The notes beneath the pieces are model-generated. The model searched no databases. It saw only the letters and a program-made list of their open reading frames with translations, and was not told the DNA's origin. From Lingula anatina (lineage: Eukaryota; Animalia; Brachiopoda), in contig CM120648.1 of assembly GCA_051362555.1 (NCBI GenBank), forward strand, positions 9,668,587 through 9,732,586: a DNA stretch of 64,000 nt. Direction: 5' to 3'. Positions 1-11,400 of the stretch are shown piece by piece. The translations under genes were made by a program, and so were the position numbers. Position 1 is the stretch's first letter; each line of letters starts with the position of its first letter.

Positions 1-181
1 GAACAAGGGAAACCAAATTCCATTCCAAACCACAAAAAGATGGGATGCAAACATCCTAATGAAGTTGGTATAATGATCCAGAAACTTTGGCACACATAAG
101 GGTCATTGAATAAGGTGTTTGTAAGCATTTGTAAACAAGTGTACCAAATGTGTATATTGAGTGATAGAGTTCAGTTAATAT

Positions 182-2388
182 TTGTACCACCAGCGTAGGC
201 GCTGGCGGTACACATGGTTTTAGTCCCGACCCGCATGTTCCGCCGGCTCCTGCGGCTCCGCCGGCTCCTGCGGCTCCGCCGGCTCCTCTGGCTCCGCCGC
301 CATCTCACCGTTACCGCTTCTCCTCCTAGACGGTAAGGGCCTCAATACCCATCTCTTGGATTTAGGCCACCTATAATCTCAACTCGTTCCACGTAAAATT
401 TGGGCTTTGTCGGTGCTGGGGTCTAGGTGTGGCACTCATTGCAATGCACCCTTGTCCAAAAATGGCAAAATTAAATGCTAATTATCTACCCTACGGAAGG
501 AATTATGGGAAAAATTTCTACAGACGGCTATCCAAAAGTCATGTGTGGAGATTTCAAATATGCCCTTGGATTTGACCTTTGACCTTTATTTCAAGGTCAA
601 ACGAGCCAAAATTTTCAAAAAAACGAAATTTTTTTCAAAAAAAAAATTAATTGCGCTGATATTCAGAAACTACACAGACCTAACCTATAATATTATTGGA
701 AGGTGCTACCCTTCAGGTCATCTTTCATCTCTGTGAATTTGGGGTCAACTGGTGCATTTTCCCGGGAGTAGCGGCCATAATATAACGAAACTGAAAACTG
801 TCTCTAATTTGGGAACCGTTAATGCTAGAGACCCATTCTTTTTTGCATTTTGTAGAGCATGTAAAGCCCAACACTGGAGGTGGTCTCAGTTTTTTTGTAT
901 TCCATATGGTTTTCGAGTTATGCTGTATCAAAAAGTACATATTGGTGGTGAAAGCAAAATGTACAGTACGGTAATGGATAATAAATTTTGAACTCTGGAA
1001 AAATAAAACATAAGGCTTGGCAAAGCAGACAACTTGTGGTTAAAAATGACATTATTTCATCAAATTTGAACTTCTGGAACTTCAGAGCACCTCCCATTTC
1101 AAGAATTTTGACCAAAATGACCTTTTCTTAATTTTAATTAATTTTTTCTGTAGGAAATTTATGGTAACTCCAAAATTATAACATTTAGTCCCTTATATCT
1201 CCAAAACTGGCAGAGATAGGTCCATAATTACTATTGAAGTTGAATGGGAAGTCATATACTGGCGATCTAAATGTGACCTTGAAATTGACCTTTGACCTAC
1301 TTTTCACCATGAATTGAACTTTGCAAATTTTGCTTCCCTTTTATCTCCAAAACTGGCAGAGATATGTCCATAGTTATTATTGAACTTGAATAGGAAGTCA
1401 TATACTGGCAATCTTACTGTGAGCTTGAAATTAACCTTTGACCTACTTTTTATCATGTATTGAACTTTGCAAATTTTGGTTCCCTTTTATTTCCAAAACT
1501 GGCAGAGATAGGTCCATAGTTACTATTGAACTTGCATAGGAAGTCATATACTGGCAATCTTACTGTGACCTTGAAATTGACCTTTGACCTACTTATAATC
1601 ATGAACTGAACTCTGCTTATTTCTTTCTCTTTTAACTCCAAACCTGGCAGAGATAGGTCCATAGTTACTATTGAAGTTGAATAGGAAGTCATATACTGGC
1701 AATCTTACTGTGACCTTGAAATTGACCTTTGACCTACTTTTCACCATGAACTAAACTTTGCAAATTTTGCTTCCCTTTTATCTCCAAAACTGGCAGAGAT
1801 AGGTCCATAGTTACTATTGAACTTGAATGGGAAGTCATATACTGGCAATCTTACTGAGACCTTGAAATTAACCTTTGACCTACTTATAATCATGAACTGA
1901 ACTCTGCTTATTTCTTTCTCTTTTAACTCCAAACCTGGCAGAGATAGGTCCATAGTTACTATTGAACTTGAATGGGAAGTCATATACTGGCAATCTTACT
2001 GAGACCTTGAAATTAACCTTTGACCTACTTATAATCATGAACTGAACTCTGCTTATTTCTTTCTCTTATAACTCCAAACCTGGCAGAGATAGGTCCATAG
2101 TTACTATTGAAGTTGAATAGGAAGTCATATACTGGCAATCTTACTGTGACCTTGAAATTGACCTTTGACCTACCTTACGATGAACTAAACTTTGATTGTA
2201 CCATTTTTAGTTATATATATTTTTTGCATATTTTGCAAATTCTTGTTGATTGCATTTTTACAGCTTGTCAAGCACAAGACTGGTGGCTGTGTCCCTTATT
2301 TTGTGTATGTGGGGGTCTATACGAATGCGCTTACTCCAGCTGGTGGTACAATATTCGGAGGCGGTATCGCCTCTCTGATCCTCTAGTT
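182..2388 (+). mobile_element. Non-autonomous Helentron-associated (HINE/DINE-1-like) element with internal satellite
   Basis: 5' subTIR TTGTACCACCAGC (182-194) sits in a hairpin GTACCACCAGCG-TAGG-CGCTGGCGGTAC. An 18-bp GC-rich mini-repeat follows (~240-300), then a central 146-bp tandem array. The 3' subTIR is GCTGGTGGTACAA (2339-2351), followed by stem-loop GAGGCG-GTAT-CGCCTC (2358-2373) and a CTAGTT end. This is the DINE-1/HINE layout. Confidence 0.8.
1190..2195. repeat. Tandem array of ~7 x 145-146 bp units with two subtypes
   Basis: Anchor CCAAA(A/C)CTGGCAGAGAT recurs at 1201, 1347, 1493, 1638, 1784, 1929 and 2074. Confidence 0.95.
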
Positions 2389-3159
2389 CAAGATGGAGAG
2401 AATAATGTATTACAGGGGCGAACGAGGTCAAGATGGATATTTTTTAAAAACATCCTTTAAATACAAGTTTGAATTGATTAAGGGTTTTCTTTTGATGTTT
2501 ATTAGAACCATGAAGGATCTATTAATGAATCATACCAAGAGAGTGCCTCTCTGGCTGGCAAAATTAGAAAGAAAAACTAGGAGATTATTTCACACACCCA
2601 TTTTTAAATTGAGTCATTTCAATTAACTAAATTTCCTTTGAATGTTGGCATGAAGAGGGCAATGTATTGGTTCAAAGTGATATTATTTATTGAAAACACG
2701 AAATTGAAATATATATATTCAGTATCATTTTTTTAATGGTGTGATTCATTACTACATCTATCATTTATAAGCATCCATGCAAAATCTTGCATTTGGATTT
2801 TTAAAAAGATTTGGGTATTGTTGATGAAGTAAAAAACATGCCCAATACACTTGATAATTTCCAACAATTCTTGTCTCTTTTCATTATTTCACTGACCTCA
2901 AGTTTCACCATCATGTACGATGAAAAAGACCAAACAAAGAGAAAAGCTCCCCTTGGTAATTTTTATGTACAGACACAGATGTGTCTGTACATATTGCCAT
3001 CACCTGCGTCTGTCGTCGCCGTCGCCGTTCATGTCGCCGTTCATGTCGCCGTCGATGTCGCCGTCGCCGTCGCCGTCGCCGTGCACTTTCAGCGTTAACA
3101 CCATAAGTGGAAGACAGTTTTACTTTTTGGCTTTATATTTACAGAGCTGATGAATATTC

Positions 3160-3710
3160 ATAAAACGCAGGTCAAGTTCGAAAATCAGCATGATCGGGCC
3201 ATTATTGTAGAATTTATGCTGTTTTTTCACTTTTCAGCATATATGCAACACTGTTAACACATTTCAAAGAAAACCGATAGGCCTGTTGTCATGAAACTCA
3301 CAGGAGTAATCAATCTTACTAAAACGCAGGTCAAGTTCGAAAATCGGCATGATCGGGCCACCATTTTAGTAGTTATGCTGTTTTTTCACTTTTCAGCATA
3401 TATGCAACACTGTTAACACATTTCAAAGAAAACTGATAAGCCTGTTGTCATGAAACTCACAGGAGTAATCAATCTTACTAAAACGCAGGTCAAGTTCGAA
3501 AATCGGCATGATCGGGCCACCATTTTAGTAGTTATGCTGTTTTTTCACTTTTCAGCATATATGCAACACTGTTAACACATTTCAAAGAAAACTGATAGGC
3601 CTGTTGTCATGAAACTCACAGGAGTAATCAATCTTACTAAAACGCAGGTCAAGTTCGAAAATCAGCATAATCGGGCCATTATTTTATAAGTTATGCTGTT
3701 TTTTCACATT
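3160..3710. repeat. Tandem array of ~3.5 x 159 bp units
   Basis: Anchor AAAACGCAGGTCAAGTTCGAAAATC at 3162, 3321, 3480 and 3639. Confidence 0.95.
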
Positions 3711-4513
3711 TCTTCTTGATTCAATTCTTAGGCATGTTAACAGTCTCATTATTTAATTAATAAGATACGTTTAAGTGTTTGATTGACATTTCCTGCATCT
3801 TTACAACATTGTTAGTTGATTATGTAAAAATGATGGTAAACTTGGTATCATGTATTGTGTAATAAAGTGTCAAAAATGGAAATAAACTCATATTATTGCA
3901 GTTTGTAAGATTCAATCATTCATTATGTTCAGAAACTCAGAATGGAGGAAATTGGACATTTGACACTGTTCTATTGATATTTTTCACATCTCATCAACTT
4001 TCTTAGTTGAACATATAAAAATGGCAGTAAACTGTTAATTTTGTTTTATGTTAAAAAAGTGTTAAAAATGGAAATAAACGCATTTCATAACAGTACTGTC
4101 TTGTTTCACATTTCCTCAGATTCAATTCTTAGGCATGTTAACAGTCTCATCATTTAACTAATAAGATACGTAAAAGTCTTTGTTTAACATTTCCTGCATC
4201 TTTACAACATTGTTAGTTGATTATGTAAAAATGATGGTACGCTTGTTATCATGTATTGTATAATAGAGTTTCAAAAATGGAAATAAACTCTTATCATTGC
4301 AGTTTGTCAGATTCATTCATTCATTCACTATGTTCAGAAACTCAGAATGGAGGAAATTGGACATTAAACACTGTTCTATTGATATTTTTCTCATCTCATC
4401 AATTTTCTTAGTTGATCATATAAAAATGGCAGTAAAGTGTTAATTTTGTTATATGTTAAAAAATTGTTAAAAATGGAAAAAAATGCATTTCAGGACAGTA
4501 CTGTCTTGTCTAC
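3704..4513. repeat. Direct duplication, 2 x ~400 bp
   Basis: GATTCAATTCTTAGGCATGTTAACAGTCTCA and the downstream sequence recur at ~3718 and ~4119. Confidence 0.9.
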
Positions 4514-5215
4514 ATTTTGGCATTTTCAAGTTGTGACTTTGAAGTTCCATGGGCCTGAAGACCTTTGCTAGTCACATTTTCTGAATATCCATGATACTAA
4601 TATTTTATTATTAAAAATTGATGGTTATTATCCTGTTAAACATTATGTAATATTGCATCAAAATTTGAAGAAACCCCTATTTTGGACACTGCTCCCTTAA
4701 TGACCATTTAAAGAAAACTATGTCACTTACTGTTCTCAAACTTACAGGAAAGAAACATGGGACTAAAATACAGTTTCATTAGGCAGTGCAGTCTATTTGG
4801 TAAATTTTTCTGGCAGTTAATCAGTTTTTTGTGAAAATTTAATTTTTCACATATTGGCAATTTCAAGGTGTGACTTAGAACCACCTTGGGCTTGAAGACC
4901 CATGCTAGTCACATTTTCTGAAAATCCACGATACGTATATTTTATTATTAAAAACTGATGTTCTTTATGCTGTTAAGCATTATGAAATATTGCATCAAAA
5001 TAGAAGAAAACACAATATTGGGTATTGCTACCATGATGACCATCATGGGAAAACCATATTACTTATGATTGTCAAACTTTTAAAAAAGAAACACAGGACT
5101 AAAATGCAGCTCGAGTTGGAAAAGCAGTCTAATTGACTTTTTTTTTGGAAGTTTTACATTTTCAAAGTGTGAACTTGAACTCCCATGGGCCTGAAGCCTT
5201 ATGCTTGTTACACAT
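4513..5215. repeat. Diverged tandem repeat, ~310-340 bp units (2 full + 1 partial)
   Basis: TTTCAA..TGTGACTT..CC.TGGGC.TGAAG.C..TGCT recurs at ~4523, ~4861 and ~5160. Confidence 0.8.
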
Positions 5216-5959
5216 TTTACTTACATTGGTATTACCTGTTGAGCATAATTAAAATTTGATGTTGAATTTTCAGTTTAACATAATGTACTTTTACATCAGA
5301 ATTGACAGTAGCCTATTTTGTTATTTCCTGCTTTTTGTCTGTACATTTGACAGCTTTGCTGCCTTGTTTTTTCATTGATTTGGGCCAGCTTTAAGTGGAT
5401 TAGGGCAACCCATGTGCCCTATATTGTGTTTGGTTAAAAAGTTTGGGATTTCAACCTAGCAGAGGTTGGGGCTATGGAGCAAGTTAGGAAATAGCACACA
5501 ATTCCTCGACTTAATTTGGGACATATTGGAAATAAAAACATTGGCGGATAATTTTGTAAATGTTATCGGTTGCCCTTAGCAGTACTCTGAGTCAGTATGG
5601 CAAGGAAATCGAGGCAGGCTTCCAAACGGATCCTCATCGGGATAAACTAACTAGGATGTCATGTCTCCTGTTCAGTGCTTTAACAAAATCTACACCAAAA
5701 TGCACACAATTCTTTCTTCTAGAAATAAATGTGGTCGATCTTTCCATGCCAAACGTAGTGAGCATTTTAAAAAATGCATATAGGACAGATTCCATATTTA
5801 AGCTCTTTTCTGTGTAGAAACATTCAAAGGTGTAGTCCTATTTCATGACATTTTTTTTTTTTTTTGCTCTTTGCCCCCCATCTTACTACTTTCCTTTCCT
5901 TTATCCTAACACAGGCACACATGCATATATACCATATACCCACACATGCACACGTCCAT

Positions 5960-5966
5960 CCCCCCC

Positions 5967-6012
<46 letters not shown>
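5960..6012. repeat. Poly-C run followed by (CA)n microsatellite
   Basis: About 24 C, then (CA)n; directly visible. Confidence 0.95.
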
Positions 6013-6013
<1 letters not shown>

Positions 6014-8142
6014 CCATGTCTATTTGTACATAGAGTATTGAACAGATACGCTGACTGGCGCGGTGTGTATCATCTTTATGTTATGGCAGCAGTAACACAC
6101 ACCAGGCACGGATTAGCAAATATTAACTGTTTACCTAGAGAGTAGCATCATGTCATTGGGTTAGCCTAAAGAAAATAAGGGCACATTGTGTTTGTTATTG
6201 AAGTCTCTTCTCTGTCTGATCACTACATGCTTGGGATGTTTATGAAATGGTTTGATATCTGTTGGGTGATGTTGCCATTAGATATTGTGTAGATTGTGGC
6301 GTTTGCTGGTTGTTTTTCTGATAAGATTAAGAAAATGAAAATATGGTAATTCAACTTGTGTGCCTTTGTGTATTTAATAGCCTTTAAAGAGAAATATCTT
6401 TGTATTGCTTTGAACCCCTTACCTTACATAAAAATGACATCAGTATCATTTTATTTTTTTTCAAGGAAACATGTTGAAAAAAAAAAAAAGAGCTTACATG
6501 TTTATTCCGCACTCTTTGTCCCCATGTATTACCACTAAATATCATCATTCGGAAAAAAAATCTTTCAAACTCTCAAACCCCCACCCCCCACACACGCATA
6601 CGTCTTAAACACATTCAAACAGGTAACAGTACCACTCCCTTTACTGATCCAGCCAGAGAGACAGATGGTTCTATTGTATCACATTAAGTCTATTTAACTG
6701 ACCCCCAGGGTTAATCAGAGGGCTCCTTGTTGTCCACAGGTATTCAGGCCAACCCCTGTATTGTTCTCCATATTTAAAGTCTACCCGGGGTAGACACGCC
6801 ATTGCAAGTACATTGAAACTCCAACTGCATTAGATCATAATGGCTTCTTCCTGGTAGTTCGGTATTACTTATACGGTGCTAAGTATCCTGTAGATAAATG
6901 GATTAGCCTTGAAATATAATACGATATCGAAATGCTGCATCAAATATATGGCTGTGTTGCTAGGTCTTGATCATTTAGAAAATGTGCAATCTTGCTATCA
7001 AACCAAGGAAAAATGTGGAATTGTGGGAGAATATGGATTTTGGCAATGGCAATGAAACTATATGTATTCTGATAGCATATTAGATTAGTGTTAAGCAAAC
7101 TATCTGATATGGGTTACTCTAAGCTAGGATTGCCTAGTATCTGATCAAATCAAAGAAAAGACCCTGAAATTAATATGGTATTAAATGTGATGTCGCCTCT
7201 GACTGTGTGAATTGTGGGGTGGGGGTATATCCCCAATAACAATAGAAACATTTGAAATCCTTTAGCATAACACTCCAGACCATTTCTGCCACTGGAAAGT
7301 GCCCAGATAAATATTGAAATGTAATATTACCAAATCTTGCACTTTGGTTGTTGAGTCTTAAGGAAGGAAATATTGGCATTGGATTAAAGATATAAAGTTG
7401 TTATGAAAGGTCTCCTTGCTATTGTGCACTCATTTAACTTCCAATGCACAATTTTTTTTTTTTTTTTGGGGGGGGGGGGGCACTGTTTTATGTAGTTAAA
7501 AGTTATTTGTTGGGAAGAATGAGGGGTTGGGGTGTAACTGAAGGGGGGGGGGGGAGAGCAGTTATGGTGGTCACCCCGGGGTCAGTGTTGAAAACTAAAC
7601 GCAAAGAAATAATACAGAAGTTGGCTCTAGTTACAATAAAATCCACTCCATCAACTGGTCTTCTGTGTTCTTTTTGTTGATCTGAATTGTTTCGATGAAA
7701 AATATGGGAGGCTTATTTGTCGCCTCAGATGGGGTAATACACTTTAGCTTTCAGACATGGCATTGTGTTGGACCCAACCTTTGCATTTACACTTTATAAT
7801 GATGTTTGGCAACTACTAATGTAAGCAAGGGCTTATTAGGTAACTTGTGCCCCTTTATCAAATAGTGGAAGAGTCCATGAATAGAAAATGGAGTCTTTGC
7901 CCAGCCAGGGCAATTAAATCTACCATTCATTGACTGTAAGCCATGTTGCACCCAATGAAAACACAGCCTTAAAGTTGCACTATTTGTGAATTAGGTTTGA
8001 ATAACAATAGAAGCCACATCACATCATGGATTTATTGAGTTTAGAGTTTAAGATAACCTTTCAATCAAGAGCTGGACAAGCCTTTCTCTCTATTCTCTTA
8101 AAGATTAAAATCTTTTCCTTTCTCCTCCCCCCATTTGGAGCT

Positions 8143-8153
8143 TTAGCCAATCA
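8143..8153 (+). promoter_or_regulatory. Candidate NF-Y CCAAT box of the Eph promoter
   Basis: TTAGCCAATCA matches the RRCCAATCA consensus ~230 nt upstream of the first ATG. Supported by position and motif only. Confidence 0.3.
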
Positions 8154-8382
8154 AACGACTGCATTGTCTCCATGCTTGACTTCCCAGCCTCCACTTGGGG
8201 AGAGTTGAGTCCAGCATAAAGTTTATTATTAGGGTTAGAGCTACTTGAGCAAGCGCAAGTAAGGGAGCTGGAGAAATATAAGTTACTGGAGTTTTTGGAG
8301 ACTTTTCACAATCAAAATGCATCTGAAGTAGACTTACCTTTACTATAACAAGGAGGATACATTTGTTGGATTATATTTGTGA

Positions 8383-8491
8383 ATGTTTGCTGGAGCCTTC
8401 AGGATGAAAATGTGGAGTTTGGAGGTGTTTTTGGCTGTGTTAGTGACTCTTAGTCTAAGACAGTATTACTCAGTGGAGGCTATTGATTTCG
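8383..8491 (+). CDS. Eph: Eph exon 1: signal peptide (MFAGAFRMKMWSLEVFLAVLVTLSLRQYYSVEAIDF)
   Basis: In-frame TGA directly precedes ATG 8383; alternative ATGs at 8404 and 8410. Hydrophobic core VFLAVLVTLSL and a VEA cleavage-like site. Phase-1 donor G|GTAGGT matches the phase of exon 2. Confidence 0.75.
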
Positions 8492-11400
8492 GTAGGTTTA
8501 AATACTCAGATGATGCTGTTTTTCTACCTGGGGAGCATAAAACAGCCTGGAGGTATAGAAAACTACTTGCTATGTCAATCAGTTTCATTAATGAATAGGA
8601 AGCTGTTATGAGATAGCATTGTCGGGGAGTCCAATACAAAACTTGATTAATGATGAAATTAATGCAATCCGCAAAACAAAAGGTGATAGACCAGGTGAAA
8701 GGGAATTGTGAATTATGAAAGTCCCAATGGATTTCTGACAAACTAGGATGCAATTTGAATTGTTAGAGTAACGGGGAGGTCTATTTTGGTTTGGTTAATT
8801 GGTAAAATGAATTGATAATTAGAATCGTGTAATAGATAGTTAATCGGTTTAAAGCTAAATGTGATTAAAAAAGAATAGAATGAGAAGGAGGAGAGAGAAG
8901 GCGTGAATGCGTTGAATATATTGTGTGTGTGAGTTTGAGTGGCTTGGATCCATACCTGGATTATTGGTTGCACTGTACAATTTCTGCTCTTGCATGTTAT
9001 TGTCAATATTTGGATAAAATGTTTGAGTAGCCATTTTGCATAAGGATCACGGAACACTGTGAAAAAAAAAAAAAAGGGATACAAAAATGGCACATTAGAG
9101 GTCCTTGTTTATTCTTCAGCATCCTTTTTCTGTTGTATAAAGATAGCATGCTATTAAATGGTTATGCTTCTTGAAGTTTTATAGTAAGGTTAATCAAAAG
9201 CAGGGGCCAAATATGAAAAATCATATTCTGAAATTTCTGGTATCAAGCTGAAAAAAGGCATACCCTTCCAAATAAATTGTAAATAAAATCACAAGGAATC
9301 ATATATATGCTTCAAATATTTGAAATCATCATCCAAATTATTTCTTTACAAGACTTTAAATATATGGTTTATCTATTTCCAGTGGTCTTGTTAGACACAA
9401 CCATAGTGGATGGAGCTCTAAATTACAAGACACATCGAGGAGGAGTTAGCGGTTACGGGGTGAGTACTATTACCATTATAGCCACCGTGATTGATCCTTG
9501 ATATGACGTCGAGTCAAATATTTCTCCTGCCCTTAAAAAAAAGCCCAGGTTCTTAGTTCATGCCACAGGACAATGTGTTTCAAAATCACATGGTACCAGC
9601 CCACTGTTACCTTAATATATGTTGCCCCACTTTTCTGTAGATTTTCCACAGGCCTGACTTTTGATAAACTACTTTTATTTTTCCTTTGGCATTTGTTAAC
9701 CTCAATTTTTAGCCAATAAATAAAAACCCATAATCTTCAATATTGTCACTGATTTAGAAATGTATGACTTTGTTGGGCATTACATAACGGCTTAGATAAT
9801 AGATCCTTTTCTTGAGCTCTAATCTCAATGAAATATTTCCAACCCAGATTTTGCAAAAGGAATATCCTAGCTACCCAACATCTCATTCAGCCCCAATTTC
9901 ATGACGAATTCACAAAATTCAGATTCCCCCATTGAAAAGGGTCATCATGTCTGACGGGGCAGCCATTTTTCTTGTACCTAGTCCCCATTATACCAAAGTC
10001 TAATTATGTGTGATTGCTTAGCTGGAGGATAGAGCATACAAATGGTTGTAAGGTAAATCTGGCGTCATTTGGATCTGGCTGGAAGAAAATGAAGGCAATT
10101 TTACTGAAATTAGCTTGTGGATTGTACTACGAAGCGTAAAGGCGAAGATTTTCTTCGTGACAATTTCATAGTTTTCTCCCCCCTGGATATGTGTGTGACT
10201 TGAGGCGTGTGCTCCTGATGATGACGACGGTCCTCCTATTATTCTTGACATTGTTTTTCTTGTTTTGACAAGCCATCCTATAAATATGACAGACGGTGAC
10301 ATATCTGTCTTCGTCCAAAAATTCATGTATCTCACAGGGCTGTCAAAATGTAGCAAATATTTTTTGTCTGTCTGCATTCCATGGTCTCCACATTTTGCTG
10401 CGGGAGATGTTCTGAACTTGGTTTTATAATTGCAAGAGAAGGAATAAGAAAAAGTGAAAGAATGCAAGCTGTCTTGGATTGGAGAACAATGGCTTGATGA
10501 TAAATTCTTTCAAATAATTCAAATTTATTTATATTTCAAGAAGAACAAAAAATGCAATAAATTTTATTGAATTCATTTTTAAATCACTTACAAATTAATG
10601 GAAGATAAAGTAGTTTTCAAAACAAGAAGTTATTATTACAACTATTTGCCTTCCTCTTAACCAAATCATAAAAAATGTACTAGTACTGAATTTATCTGTC
10701 ATGAGCCCCAAATAATGAACAGCATCTCTAACAGCTGCAAGTGAAAAGAGACAAGATATAATAAAGAGCCTGGCAGAAGTAGAGAGGCCTCTCTCTCTCT
10801 GTCCATACTCTTGGACAAAGGACCAAGCCTCCATCATTTACACGTCCATCTTAAGTGCCTCAATGAAGAAATTAATATACAGTATTCTGTCATATAGATG
10901 GATGCTTTCTCAGTAAGACCAATATAGCCGAATATCTCTGCATCAACGGTTCATATGGAAAAGTACTGGACTATTCCATCTTACAATGTATTCTGCCTTA
11001 CAATAATTTTTGAGAACCTGGATGTCGGTAAAGGAATGTAAGGCCCTTTAAACTCATATAGATATATACGTTTATTCAGCCATATATGACAAACCCCCTC
11101 ACTGACGTAGAAGAAAAACATGACCATTCAGTCATATATGTAGCATTCAGTTCTACGCCGATGAATTGTGTTTCGTGTAAAGGACTTGTTGGCAGTGAAT
11201 GCCTTGACCTCTCTCTGTCTGAAAGGTAGTTCTAGTAATAAGAATCAAATTAAAAGAAGAGGGGTGTTGGTGCAAGTTGAGTAGAGGTCATATCGCATAG
11301 ACAGGTGAACAGGGAGAGTTCTTATACTTCCATATTATTGTTATTATTATTGTAAAGGGGAACAAAAATCTAATACTGGGCTTAGGAAGAAATCATGTAG

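Larger units (their letters stand above)
2961..5370 (+). mobile_element. Second HINE/DINE-1-like element (different family) with internal tandem repeats
   Basis: 5' hairpin TATGTACAGACAC-AGAT-GTGTCTGTACATA (2964-2993) follows a T-run, then a (GTCGCC)n microsatellite (~3013-3082) and internal tandem arrays. The 3' subTIR TGTCTGTACAT (5336-5346) is followed by a small stem-loop CAGC-TTT-GCTG and a T-rich end. Confidence 0.75.

Noticed and set aside
1453-1983. Two near-identical minus-strand ORFs (79 and 80 aa)
   Set aside because: They are translations of the 146-bp satellite units, not duplicated genes.
2811-3150. ORFs with VAVAV / SPSP repeats
   Set aside because: They come from the (GTCGCC)n microsatellite of the HINE.
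1190-3710. Regularly spaced repeats resembling a CRISPR array
   Set aside because: Whole units are repeated with no unique spacers, there are no cas genes, and the context is eukaryotic.
5824-6145. Pro/His/Thr-rich ORFs
   Set aside because: Artefacts of poly-C and (CA)n.
10018-10467. 149-aa minus-strand ORF, the longest non-Eph ORF
   Set aside because: No recognisable domain, non-ATG start, and no supporting exon structure.
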